From Vicugna vicugna (taxonomy: Eukaryota), in assembly GCA_013265495.1 (NCBI GenBank), contig MU058384.1, forward strand, positions 2,641,010 to 2,705,009: a stretch of 64,000 bases of DNA, written 5' to 3'. A program made the translations under genes and the position numbers. Under the pieces are notes generated by a model. It made no database searches and was not told where the DNA came from. It saw nothing but the letters and a program-made list of their open reading frames with translations. Positions 51,880 to 64,000 of this stretch are shown here, one piece after another. Numbering within the stretch: position 1 is the first letter of the stretch; the number at the start of each line of letters is the position of its first letter.

Positions 51880-52480
51880 AATAAATATTTATGTAACCTA
51901 CAAGATGTCCAGGCTGTATATAAAGTATTTAGGCAATAATGATGAATGAGATAGGGCCCCTGTTCACATGGAACCCACTGTCTAAGGGAGATCACAGACA
52001 AGGGATGACACTCAAACACAGGTACAAGGTAATAAACATTTGTATGAAGGTAAACAACACAAACTATAAAAGATAACAGGGGTAGGAGAGATTCTACCTA
52101 GAAAAATTCAAGTGTCTTCATGGACAAGGTGATATTCACTTGACCCTGAAATTGAGGCGACAGTATGGGACATGGTCAGCCAGGTGAGGAAGAGGGAAAG
52201 GACACATCCAGCTGAGGCTGTGAGTGAAAAAGCAGTGTGGATTCATGGAACAGTACAAGTACAACTGAGACCCGAAAAGTTATGGTGGGAAGACTGGTGA
52301 GAAATGGGTTTGACAAAGCAGAGTTGAGCCAGGATGTGAAGGGTCTTGCCTGCTAGGCCAGAGAGGCTGGCCTTCAGCCAACTGAAAATGAAGAGCTAAT
52401 GAAAGACTTTTAATCAAGGGAATAATGTGATCTCAGACATTTTCTACAAAGTGGAACCCAGACTGCAATGTAGAGAATGG
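51880..52480 (-). mobile_element. L2 LINE fragment
   Basis: aataaatatttat...gatagggcccctgttcacatggaacccactgtcta...gagctaatgaaagacttttaatcaagggaataatgtgatc. Confidence 0.65.
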
Positions 52481-54284
52481 GTAAGTTAAAAGTAGAATAT
52501 CATGGAAAAAAAATTTTGGAGTCAAACTAATCTGGGTCAAATTCAGGCCCTGCCAGTCACAACCTGTGCACTAAATATTTAACCTCTTCAATTCTCGCTT
52601 TATTCATCTAAACATGTGGAAGTAATATTACCTACTTGAAAAGTATTATGATAATTAGTTAAGAAGCTACATTAAAAACATTCCTGATTGCCCAGGGCTG
52701 TGCTAAGCGTCTCAGCACTCCTGAAGGCCCTCTGGCCCAACCCCGTTCTCTTCCAGCCCCTGGCTCTGTCCTGCCCCAGGAGCGGCCTTGGTCTTGCGGG
52801 CACGGGTATGGTCATAGCAGCCTGCAGGCCAATCTCAGACCCAACCCATGCAAACAGCTGCCCTGTGGCCAGGCCTCAAGCCCAGAGATGCACACATCTG
52901 TGGCACCATCTGCCTTCCAAAAGACAGAGCTGGGGAAAAGGCCCACGTGTATCTTCTAGAAGGAGGCTCAGTATGGTTGAAGTAGAGAACTCTGAAGTCT
53001 CAAGTATCCAGAGCATGAACTGAGGGTGCAGGGTGGGCTCTGGGTGGAAATGCTCCCTCAGCTGTGAGGTGAAGGTGAGTGGGGCCAGGACAAGGTCCCA
53101 CCTGGCCCAGGACTTACGGTGGTCGGAGAGTGCCTGCTATGTGGTACATGCAACAGATGGTTGTTGCATGGTACTTTTTCTTACTGCTGCCACTGTCTTG
53201 TTGTTATAGTTTTGTTGTCATTATTTCCAGGCAGCTGGAAAGTCTGGAAGAAGGGACAACATTCTGCTTTGAGGGCCTAGTTAGTGTGGAAAGCACAACG
53301 CAGTTGGGCCTGTATTCAAAAATGGAAAGCCACCTAAAAGGGGTAGCTGACACCTCGGAAGTGGATGAAACTTCCAAGGAAAAGTACAAGACGCAAAGCA
53401 GAAGGACAGAGCTTAGAAAAGTCCCTCCAGTCAGTGAGTGGAGAGAAAAAAGGACGCCAGCAAAGGAGAAGCCGGAGGAAGCCGTGACGCTCAAGAACAT
53501 GGCAGGAAGAAAGCTGTCCTTCAAGATGTGTCCCTTCAGTACTGGTACCCACCAGTCACTGAGAGCCCACTCTGTGCCAGGCATCACGACTTGGCCTACT
53601 TACGCGATCTCATTTAGTTTAGTATTTACAAGACTATGTAATAGGTAATTATCTCCATGTCATCAATAAGCTAACAGGCTCAAAGATGGTAAGAAAACTG
53701 TCACATGTCACATAGCTACTATAAAGCATTAGGTGCTTTTAGAAGCTTCACCCTACTGTTAAAACTTAGGAAAAACCAGGAACACTTTGGTCCTTGCTGT
53801 AGAGAAAAAGGTATGGAGAGGAAGAGGAGTGATGAGCCCGTCTATGGGAAGAGGCTGTGAGATGGTAACTTTCTCATTATGTTACCTTGTTTAATTCTCA
53901 TGAGAAATGAGGCAGTGGACATTATCAAGTCTATTTTACAGTTCAAGACATGAAGGCTCCCAGAGTCAAGTATCCACGGACAGAGCTGATGAGTGGGTAA
54001 GTCCAGATTCAAATGTAAATGCTATGCGATACAAAAGCCTACACGCTTTCCATAGCAACATGTTACCTCTCCATCACTGGGGAACAGAAGCTAAAACAGG
54101 AAGAGAAAGGCAACTACAACACAGAAACAAGCATAGACATCCCTAGAAATTAACCAAAGTAATAAACATTTTTAATCTCCCAGCCGTCTTATCTTTTTCC
54201 CTAAAACAACCCAGCATGTGAAAGCCAGTGCAATAATCCCCACTTCTTCATGACAAATACCATCAAGAATTGTTTCTGTCTGAA

Positions 54285-55080
54285 TAGAAAGAAGTTTAGG
54301 CAAGGATGTGGAGAATGCGGAACGCTGTGCACTGTTGGTGGGAATATAAATTGGTGCACTATGGTAAACAGCATGGAGATTCCTCAAAAAATTAAATACA
54401 GAATAACCACATGATCCAGCAATCCCACTTCTCAGTGTATACCCGAAAGAAATGAAATCAGTTATCTTAAACAAATATCTGCATTCCCACATTCATTGTA
54501 GCATTGTTCACAATAGCCAAATGATGGAAACAACCTAAGTGTTCATCAACAGATGAATGGATAAAGAAAATGTGATATTTATCTGGCTATAGATAGATAC
54601 ACACACAATGGAATATTATCCAGCCATAAAAAGAAAGGAAATCCTGCCATTTGCAACAACATGGGTGAACCTAGAGGGCAGTATGCTAAATGAAATAAAC
54701 CAGAGGCAGGAAGATGAATACTGCATGACCTCACTTATATGTGGAATCTAAAGAAGTCAAACTCATAGAAACAGAGAGTGGAATGGTGGTTGTCAGAGGG
54801 TACAAACTTTCAGTTGTGAAATGGATTAGTTCTGGCTGTCTAATGTACAGCATGGTGGCTACAGTCATTAATACTGTATTGTACACTTGAATTTTGCTAA
54901 GAAAGTAGATCTTAAGTGTTCTCACCACCCACACAAAAACTATGGAGGTGATGGATGTGTTAATTAACTTGATTATGGTAATCATTTCACAATGTATACA
55001 TATATCCAATCAATATACTATACACCTTAAACATACAATCTTACTTGCCAATTATGTCTCAATTAAGCTGGGGGAGGAAA
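54285..55080 (+). mobile_element. L1MA/MB-like 3' end (degraded ORF2 end plus 3' UTR)
   Basis: gcaaggatgtggag...gcactgttggtgggaat...catgatccagcaatcccacttct...gatgaatggataaagaaaatgtg...tctcaattaagctggggg. Confidence 0.92.
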
Positions 55081-57289
55081 TGATATCTTTTTATATTTTT
55101 AAGTTATGAAAATGTAACTCCATCCCCTGTTAAAAGCTCTGTAGTTCTTTTCTCCATAGCCATCAAAAATCACTTTCAGCCATCCATGTACATCGGTAAC
55201 TCCCCTTAAGCAATTCATTTTGGCAATAAGTATCAGATAGAGAACAGTGACATAAAATTTTATTTTCCCACAAACAGCAACTTCTCTTGGCAGTAATATG
55301 TTTGTGGCATTTTGATGACTGGATATTCCAATAGATTCTGTGCTGCAAGCACTTTTTAAAAATAGGTCTTAGGTGAAAGCCACAAAGGTTGGTTTGGCTC
55401 CTAATTAGCTGCCTCCTTTAAGCACATCATAGACTTTATACCTCCCCTCTCTCAGCCTGTACAGTCAGCTGAATAAGATCTACATTAATCTGCCACTCAG
55501 TAGCCTCAGGTCTGGCACTACCTGATGTGAAGACAGGACTGTTTCTCGGGATTAAATTTATTTTTAAGGGTTGAGTTTGTGATTGGCATTTTAATGCCCA
55601 TTTGAAGGCTGAAATTTTCAGAATTTGGAGAGTTACCTTTTCAGCCTGTTTTAAATTGCCTTAAACACAATCACCCTGCGGGCAGCTGTATTTACGATAC
55701 ATCCGCCGTGGGCTGCCTGATCCCCACTCAGGGTCACATCAAACCTATCTGGTAACTGCATGACCTTTCTAAATGCAGCCTGTCCTGGAAGAAAACACAC
55801 GCCCAGTATTTTTTTTATGCACAGAAGAGAAAAAACAGTAGCAGACTGTCTCCTTAGAGAAAATTTTAAAGCCTGGAAGACTGTAAACCAAGGCAGTAAG
55901 AGCTGCCTGACGATAATCTCAATTCAGGGTGTGAAGTGGGGCCGGAGAGGACTGTGACTAAACCAGGACCCATCCAGGTCCTCCTTCTTGTGGGCGTTTA
56001 CAGGAGTCTTCCTGGTGGTGTTATTCTTGGCATTCATGTCCATCAGAGGTCACAAGGAACAAATGCGACACAGCCGTTTGCAACAGGCTTGGCTAGAAGT
56101 GCCCTAAATCCAAACGGAGACTTCATGAATTTGCAAAAGCACGTATATGAGTGTCCACAAAATCAGTGAAAACAGGCTAAGGTCCTAAAGGCTGATAACA
56201 GTGTTTACGTGGTAGAAAGGGAAATTTGTCAATAAATGTATCAAGAATTCACATGTTTTAAACCCTATAATTGTGATTCTGCTGTAACTGTTATTTTTAT
56301 TGGTAAAATCCCACTATCTTTCTAGCTAAAGAAAGGTAGCTTCTCCTTTTCCAAGGTCATGAAAGGACTCCCACTGAGAAAATTGATTCCGCCATGTAAA
56401 CACCCTTCCAGCTGCACAAGATGCCCCGTTATTACGGTGACTGGACACACTACCCACACCCCAGTGTTGTCAGAAGGCAGCACGGCCCTCAGTCCCAGCT
56501 GGGAACATGCTGAACAGGATGAAAATGAGCAGAAAGCCTGCTGCTGAAAGACAGGGGCAGAACAACCTGGGAAAGCAACATTCACACTCAGATGCATGGA
56601 CCTTACTCATCACCACTCTTCGTAGCCACAGTATGTGGCTGTCCTCTCTCCCTGGGGACACAGAAGGACCCAAAGTCCCCATGCAGGCTGAGCTCCACCC
56701 AGTCATCCCCAGAGAGCCAGAGCCAGTTTGGCTGGAGTGCCAAGGCAGCCGGGCTGCCGAAAGCTCAGGGTGTCTGAGCGGGGAGCCCCTGCTTCAGCGT
56801 AAGGGCAAAGGCGATGGCGAAGATCATAGTATCATGAGCGGCAATGGAGTCTGTTGAAAGAACTCTGGCCCAAGCTGGAGATTCATGGTTTCGTTTTGGC
56901 CCGCCAACACAGGGTGTAATCCCGGGCTGCTACTTAGCTCTCTCTGGAAGGGAGCATCTATTCATAAGACACTAGGAAGGCTCTGCCTTTCTTAGACTCC
57001 TTCAAGAGGATGAGAGGGATAAGCCGAGTGGGAGATGTGAAAGGGCTTTGAAAGCAAACACTTCATAGAACCATCAGTGAGAAGAGCAGCAGAATCTAAG
57101 GAAACCCCTGTCTTTTGCCCTGGCTCGGACACCTGCGTTCTTTTGACGTCTCAGCTGTCTTATTGGCAAGACGGGCTATCTCCATCACCTCTTCAAATTC
57201 TAACAGCCTCTACTTCTTTGGAATGTGTGGCTAGAGGTAGTAGCAGCCTTCTCCTTAGCCACTAGATTTCAATTGGTTTTAGCTGACAG

Positions 57290-57665
57290 TGTGGTCAGCC
57301 TCAACCAGTAAATCAAAGTTGATTTAAGCCTTTCCCGACAATCCTGTTTCCAATTTTTCCAGCCTCCCTTGGGGCTCTGGAAAGCCTTCTGCTTCCCTAG
57401 TAAAAAGGACTACACCTGTTTAGTTGGTGCTGCCCTTCAGCCTATGGTCCTTTTGCCTTCTGTTTTGGATGGGGATGTGATGACCAGAGCCGCAACAGCC
57501 TTTCTGTGGTATGAACAGCCAACTATAATGGAAGGCCAACAGAATCCTGGACACGTGCTGACGGCCTACCTCCAGACTGCATACTATTTGAGGAAAATAA
57601 GCCCCATCTGGTGTAAACCACTGTTAGTTAGGCTTTCCGTTACTTACCACTGAAAGCATTCAGAA
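57290..57665 (-). mobile_element. Old MaLR LTR (MLT1J/K-like)
   Basis: cctacctccagact...aaataagcccc...taaaccactgttagttaggctttccgttactt...aaagcattc. Confidence 0.65.
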
Positions 57666-58519
57666 CCTACACACGCTGATAAAAGCCTATTCCTAGAGAA
57701 GAGCCAATATTCAAATAATCGCATCTGTGCCTTCGGTCTCAATACGTTTCCAAAGGTGAAAGAGAAAATGAAGGAATGGTTAGGGACAACATTAATTCCT
57801 ATTCTAACATCTAAATGACAGGTATCCAGAAAATATGCATTGAAGACATAGTCTGTATCAGTTAAAAGAACAATTTCCAAGTCAGACCTGCATTTGAACC
57901 TCTGTTGTACATTAGCTGTGTGACTTTGAGCAAATGGTTTTATCACTCCAGCCTCTCTTTTCTTATCATTAAAATACAGACTATATTAGAACCTATTGTA
58001 CTGAAAGTAAAATTTAATAAAAATAAGACGATGCCTTAAGTCATTAGTACAATTACCAGCACAGATCAATGTTCCATAATTTGTAGCCATCAATATTGTG
58101 GGGGCAGGCGGAGTATATACATCAGGGGCCCTGAGTATAAGGACAACGGAGTTTAGGGTCTAGCTGGGGAAGCACACAAGTAAATCCATTATTTATGGCA
58201 GTGGGACGAGGCTATGAGATTCACCTGTGTGCTAGGATGTGGGAGAGAAACACAGCCCCATCTCCAAGCTCCCACACCTTATATAAGCCACAGGTGTTTC
58301 AGCTCTCGCATTCGAGTTACCAAATACTCAATTTAGGATTTCAACTCAACCTGCAGCAGAAATAAAAAGGACAAGAGAATGGCCAAACAGCAGCCAGAAA
58401 AAAGGAAAAGGGTCCCACCAACAGAACCTCAGGTTTGTTACAGCTGCCACATTCGCTGAAGCCACCTACCCCTGGATCCCTGAGGGTCACATGGACTCCT
58501 TTAGGGAGGGCGTATCCGT

Positions 58520-58900
58520 GGAGGTGCCTTTAGCTGCAAGTGGCAGGAAATCCATCTGCCTCAGAGGTTTAAACAAGGAGGCTGGCTGGCCCCAGGCCGA
58601 GGTCATCCACGCTCCCCCAGCACTGGCAAGAACCAGGCTCTCTCCAGCTTTCTGCTGATCCTCCCTCAATGTGTCAGCTTCAGCCCTGGCTGGCTCCCCT
58701 CACAGAGGCAAAGCAGCTGTAGTTGCTACAAGCATCATTTGAATGTGATAAGTTTCAAAGGAAGAAAGAACTTCACCTTCACAAGACAGAAAGAATCCCT
58801 CGCACACTCCATTCTGATACGAGGGACACAGGGCGAACCCACGGCCAGAGCAGACAGTGGCACCCGCGACAGGGCAGCCTCCTCTGAAGCACACGGCTGA
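58520..58900 (+). mobile_element. Old MaLR LTR fragment (MLT1K/L-like)
   Basis: tttagctgcaagtggcaggaaatcc...ggtttaaacaagg...ggctcccctcacagaggcaaagcagctg. Confidence 0.5.
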
Positions 58901-59688
58901 CAGGAAGGCAGTTCCTGACACCCAGTCAGGTGCTGGGGAGGGACGGGATGGTTGGCTGCTCAGTAGGCAACCAAAGGTTTCTGTTCCAGAGAAAAACAAT
59001 GGTTTCCAGTTCCCTATTTCAGACATTAGCATTTATTTTAAAGAACATTTATACAAGGGCCAGAGTGAAGATTTCCAGATCTTCCTGGCTCAGGCTCATT
59101 TGCTTGTAATTTCCAAGGACCAATTAGACATCTCAGTATTCTTAGGAATCAGAAATAAGACTTACTTAAATCCAGATTCTTATCTGCTCTTTTGTTCCCA
59201 GAACTTTGTTCTTCAACATAAAAATCATCCTTTGAAACTTAGCACCGGAAGGAAAAAAAAACACTTAATCATGCTGCAAACTGCCAAAACACCGCAAGCC
59301 TTTTATAAGTGATGTTTCACACGCGATTCGTTGCATGTTCTGTAAAGTATCGTCTTCCTTCCTATCTTAACGTAACCTCTGTAAGACTGAAATAAAGAGG
59401 ACATTGTTCGCAGGGCTGTGAGAATTTCCAGGGAGTTTCCATAGCTAGGGGGATGGCAGAAGTATAACAAGACCCAGGTGACAGTCCCACAGGCCTGTGA
59501 GGCAGGAGAAAGGGAAGCACTCCCTCCACAGCGTGACCGCACGCTTGCTGTGCTGGCCTAGAGCTTTGGAGGCCAAGGCAAGGCCCTGAGAAGGCAGGGC
59601 TGAAAGCAACTCCTGTTCTCAGGGAAGAGGAAGCGTCAGTGGCTCTGAAGAATGAATGATTCAAGACTCTGGCCTCTGAAGTGGGTAG

Positions 59689-60216
59689 AAATGGTTCTCA
59701 AAGTGGAGGCTAGACACCCGAGACCCTTTCAGATGGTCCGTAAGGTCAAAACTTTTCCATTCCCAAACTCTTAGGCATATATAGTGGAGTTTATCCCCCC
59801 CAAAAAAAGAATGTCCACAATTACTTGAAAAGGTGGTTAAAAGTCCCCTCCTATTTTAAACCACTTACCTGCAGAGCCTGGATATGCTCCATCTCCTTCA
59901 ACCAAAGCAGCAGACTAACAGATTGAATAGAGAAGCAGAGCTGAGAATCCAGCTGTTTTCTATTAAGCCAGGCAGTAAAGAGATTTGCAAAAATGTGAAA
60001 TTCTTCTGTTTTGAAAGTAGTTACTTTTTATTAGAAAAAAGCCTTTATATTGACATGTAATAGGCTTAGTATTTTTAATGAATTAAATATTTTAAAAAAT
60101 TTCTAATGTCTAATATGGTAAATATAATCCAAAAATATTTTTTAAAGCTCTTTGGGGCCTTCAATAGTTTTCAAAAGTGTAAAAGGTCTTGAGACCAAAA
60201 TGTCTGAGAACTGCTG
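59689..60216 (+). mobile_element. Charlie1-family hAT DNA transposon (internally deleted)
   Basis: ggttctcaaagtg...gagaccctttcagatggtccgtaaggtcaaaact...gagaccaaaatgtctgagaactgctg termini. Confidence 0.8.
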
Positions 60217-60250
60217 CATTAATGTGATGGATGGATGAAGAAAATGTGAT

Positions 60251-61242
60251 TGATGGGGCTCTGCACCCAGTTCCAGTGGGAGGGACCACGACCCGACCAA
60301 GCAATGCCCCCACATCCGTGGGGTGTCCTACAATTCATCTCAAAACACTATCTACCCGAAGACAGCATCAAAGTCCACAGTTAAGGCCCACAAGACTGCT
60401 CCCTACTCCCTTTCAGACGCCAATCACAAGTCTAGGTCGTGGCTTGTACTTCTGACCGGCCTGCTACAGATCAGATGCTCCAAGCACACCCCCCCCCTTA
60501 GGTTGGATTAATTTGCTACAGAAGCTTAGAGAACTCAGAGAAACATGTTACTTACTAGTTTACGGGTTTATTATTATCATTCAGGAACAGCCAGATGGAA
60601 GAGATGCGTAGGGCAAGGTACGTGGGAAGGAGCTTCCCTGCTCTCTCCAAAGCGCACCACTCTGCAAACCTCCATGAGTTCACCAAACCCGGAAGCTCTC
60701 CTAACCCTGGAAGCTTCATTGATTAATTAAGTCATTGGCCACTGGCAGCTGAACTCAATCCCCAGCCCCTTTCCCCTCTCCAGAGGTCGGGGAGTGGGGC
60801 TGAAAGTTCCACTCCTCTAATCACATGGTTGGCGCCACAGCAACCACCCCCCCACCCTTAAGTGCTTTCCAGAAGTCACTTCATTAACATAACAAAAATA
60901 CCTTTATAGCTCAGGTCACTTAGGAAATGCCAAGAATTTTAGGAGCTCTGGTGTCAGAAAGGGGATGAAGACCAAATACAGTTGACCATTGAACACTGTG
61001 AGGGTTAGGGACAGCGACCACCAGCACACTTGAAAATCCGAGTATAACTTTAGTCAGCCCAGCACAACCTTGGTTCTGCATTTGTGCATTCAACCAATCT
61101 CAGGTTGTGTAGATGTATTTAATGAAAATAATGTAGAAAGTATTTAATGAAAAAAATCTGTGTATAAGTGGGCCCTCATAGTTCAAATCTGTGTCATTCA
61201 ATTGTTAACTGTATATATATTATTATAAATCACAATATCACA
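60251..61242 (-). mobile_element. MER21-like ERV solo LTR
   Basis: TG...CA ends; minus strand begins tgtgatattgtgatttataataat...tttggtcttcatcccc...gagctcctaaaa; 5-bp TSD GTGAT (60246-60250 / 61243-61247). Confidence 0.85.
60979..61211. mobile_element. Tigger2/MER8-like MITE inserted in the LTR
   Basis: Terminal inverted repeats cagttgaccattgaac / ttcaattgttaactg, TA on both sides, 233 bp. Confidence 0.85.
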
Positions 61243-61247
61243 GTGAT

Positions 61248-61765
61248 AATATATGTGTGTATATATACATATGTATACACAATGGAAAATTACTCAGTCA
61301 TAAAAAGAAGGAAATCCTGTCATTTACAATAACACGGATGAGCGCTGAGGACATTATAAGTGAAAGAAGTCAGAAAAAGGCAGATAACTGTGATCTTACT
61401 TCCATGTGGACTCTAAAAAAACTGAACACATGAAAACAGAGTAGATTGGTGGTTGTAATAGACAAGGGGTAGGGGAATGGGTGACAGGTCAAAGGGTACA
61501 AGCTTTGTTATATGACGAGTAAGTTCTGGCAATCAATGTACAGCATGACGACTCTAGTAATAATACTGTATTGATAACTGGAAGTTGCTAACAGTAAATC
61601 TGAAAATTCTCACTACACACACAAAATGGTGACTAGTGATGGATATGTTAACTAACCTTATTTGGTAATCATTTCACAACATATACTTATATCATATATA
61701 CTTTTACACCTTGAACTTACACAATGTTATGTCAATTACATCTCACTAAAGCTGGGGAAAGAAAA
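61248..61765 (+). mobile_element. L1MA/MB-like 3' end (5' stub at 60222-60250)
   Basis: acaatggaaaattactcagtcataaaaagaaggaaatcctgtcattt...tatgtcaattacatctcactaaagctgggg. Confidence 0.88.
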
Positions 61766-61767
61766 AC

Positions 61768-61836
61768 TATATATATATATACACACATATATATGTGTGT
61801 ATATATGTATATATATATATATATCTATATATATCT
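61768..61836. repeat. Imperfect (TA)n/(CA)n microsatellite at the L1 tail
   Basis: tatatatatatatacacacatatatatgtgtgtatatatg... Confidence 0.85.
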
Positions 61837-63599
61837 CTACATGCCAGTGACATGGAGACAAGCCCTATGGGCTGGAAGCTGCTCTCTCACTAGGATATTG
61901 AGGAGACAGGAAGGATGGAGGAGGTAAAACAGAGGCTCTTCCCCTGCTCAGGAGGCAGCAGGCAGGCATGCTGAGCCCTAGCAAGGGAGACCCCATCCAC
62001 CTCTGCAATGGGGTCTCTCCAGATCTGTCTCCCCTACATCTACTGCTTGGTCAGTGATCACACACTGGGGAAACAGAGGGACCTCACCGGTGTCCATCCT
62101 TCGGTGCCATCTTCATTTATAGAAGCTGACAGTCAAAATGACTAGCTCAGGGCCCCAGTAGTCCTATGTGGGAGAACCAGGATCCAGGACCTAGCATATT
62201 ACAATTATCTGTTTATTTGCCGCTCAGCAAGTGGTGGGCTCTTGGAGAGTTTGTCACTTTTTCCCACTGTGCTCCTAGCACAGAGCATGTTGCTTGCTTG
62301 GCCCAGACTCCAAACCAGGACACCTGTCCTCACCAGCCACTCCTCCACCAGAGCCCAGATTCCCCTCACACCATCTTCCTACTTCCAATCGCAGCACCGG
62401 GTGCTGACAATAGAGATGTGGCCATCCAAGACCCAGAGCTGCAAGGCAATCAGCACGAACAAATATTTATAAAGGCGTCCACTGTGCTGAATGCCTGGGC
62501 GCACACACCTTAAACTAACAATTGCTTTCTTTCTTAATCAAATATCCTATTGACTTTGAATTACGCCTATAGTTTAACTATCTCTGAAACACATGAATTC
62601 GCCCCTCCTGCCTTTCAGCGAATATGTTACTGGCCTCATCTTCCACACCCAGCTTTATTTCAGAGATGAAGTTAAAATCTTGGGGGATCGGTACAACTCC
62701 CCCAAAGCAAAAATCCTGGCTTCTCTACCAACAGTCTCTGAAATAAACACACAAAACCCCTTTTGTTTTTGAAGGATTTTCCTCCCAGCTGGTAAATACA
62801 GAAAAACAAAATGGGGCTTACAAAACAGAGCAAGCAACGGGGAACTTACAATTTCAGGGAAAGAAGAAATCTTTGAAATGCAACAGTTCTCTGAATGCCA
62901 TTAAATTAATAAGGCAAGGTCTGCTCCCACTCAGAATTCGACCTATTCTAGATAGGCCTAAAATTGAGCCCTCCCCTAAGTCCTCTCTTGGTAATTCTGC
63001 ATGTTGGCTCATCTTAACCGTCCCTAAAGAAAGCACCTTAGTTGCTACTTAGACCCTTCCCTCAGGTGAGAAGAAACTCAGAGAGGTAAGGGTTAGTTAC
63101 TTAATTACATATTTACCCAGGCTTCCCTAGTGGTAGTCACATCAATTCTAGACTGGTGTCTCTTTCATCTTAAAGTCTCTTTCTGCCTTACAGAGAGGAA
63201 AAGTCAATTTAGATCATTTCCTGGCAAAGTCACATATACACATTAATCTCGAAAGCTCTAACAATTTATGGCACACCCCTCCATCTGCATGTAGGATACT
63301 CCCCTCTTTTAAAACTCTGGCTCCTTGGAAATTGAATTTAGAGTTGTTCCAATACAAGGTGATCTTATTGATACTCCTACATTAGAAGTTGTACTCATGA
63401 GTGAGCAGTGACTAAATATAGCCAATCTCCCAAGAGTTCTTTTCAATAAATGGTGCTTCATCAAATAATTTGCTGCATGAAATTTAGTTTTATATAGGTC
63501 AGCTTTTAACATAAATTACAAATAAGAAAAAATGAACTTCTGTGTTACATCAATAATGGGAGAGGTAACACTCCTTAATGGGTTAAGAAGGTGAACTTT

Positions 63600-64000
63600 T
63601 TAATTAATTTTTATTTTTTATTGAAGTATAATTGACTTACAATGCTATGTTAGTTTCTGGTGTACAGCTATACATATATTTAAAAAAAAATTTGGTTCAT
63701 TTATTTTTAAATGGAGGTACTAGGGATTGAACCCAGGACAGTGTGCAAGCACTCTACCACTGAGCTATAGCCTCCTCTGCATATATATATATTTTTTCAT
63801 TGTAGGTTATTACAAGATAATGAATGTAGTTTCCTGTGCTATACAGTAGGATCTTGTTTATTTTATATCTAGTAATTTGTATCTCTTAATCCCAAACTCC
63901 TACTTTATCCCTCCCCTTTCCCACTTTGGTAATCATAAGTTTGTTTTCTATGTCGTGAGTCTGTTTTTTAAATAAGTTCATTTGTATCTATTTTTAGATT
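63600..64000 (-). mobile_element. Artiodactyl/camelid-type L1 3' UTR (runs off the window end)
   Basis: ttattgaagtataattgacttacaatg...tttctggtgtacagc...ggttattacaagataatgaatgtagtttcctgtgctatacagtagg...cataagtttgttttctatgtc. Confidence 0.88.
63682..63779 (-). mobile_element. tRNA-derived camelid-type SINE (Vic-1-like) nested in the L1
   Basis: Minus strand: tatagctcagtggtagagtgcttgc...gtcctgggttcaatccctagtacctcc, then an A-rich tail; same family as 1591-1721. Confidence 0.85.

Noticed and set aside
53079..53648. Longest ORF in the track (189 aa, + strand)
   Set aside because: Starts at GTG rather than ATG, has no recognisable domain, and its 3' part runs into MIR-like sequence; consistent with a chance open frame.
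58857..59312. 151-aa ORF on + strand
   Set aside because: Non-ATG start, begins in an old LTR fragment, no recognisable homology or splice context.
1..64000. Prokaryotic-style systems (CRISPR array, operon, defence island)
   Set aside because: The sequence is mammalian intron/exon DNA; no regularly spaced repeat-spacer array and no dense ORF organisation.
42344..64000. ARFGEF3 exons 1-2 and promoter/CpG island
   Set aside because: I found no sequence encoding the recalled N-terminus (MEEILRKLQKEAS... / TLGGLDTIVKIPPHVL) and no CpG island; they presumably lie beyond 64000.

Overview
Mammalian genomic DNA, very probably a camelid (camel/alpaca/llama): it carries camelid-type tRNA-derived SINEs and L1 3' ends, with no Alu, B1 or Bov-A/Bov-B seen. 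The whole window lies inside ARFGEF3 (BIG3/KIAA1244) on the minus strand. Seven consecutive internal coding exons (82, 132, 69, 123, 43, 79, 105 nt; human exons 3-9 by recalled numbering) have GT-AG boundaries and join in frame to about residues 46-257. The rest is intron with ordinary repeats (MIR, L2, L1, MaLR/ERV LTRs, hAT/Tigger DNA transposons) and one 377-N assembly gap. The most notable non-exonic signal is at ~31.1-31.5 kb on the + strand: a disabled, MIR-rooted sequence collinear with the human de novo gene PBOV1, antisense within the intron after exon 4. Also seen: an apparent L1-retrotransposed ERV LTR U3-R fragment, a three-level nested transposon stack, and a (UG)7 tract at the acceptor of the frame-shifting 43-nt exon. 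I found no evidence for a wholly new multi-gene system. Gene and repeat family names come from recall, not database searches.
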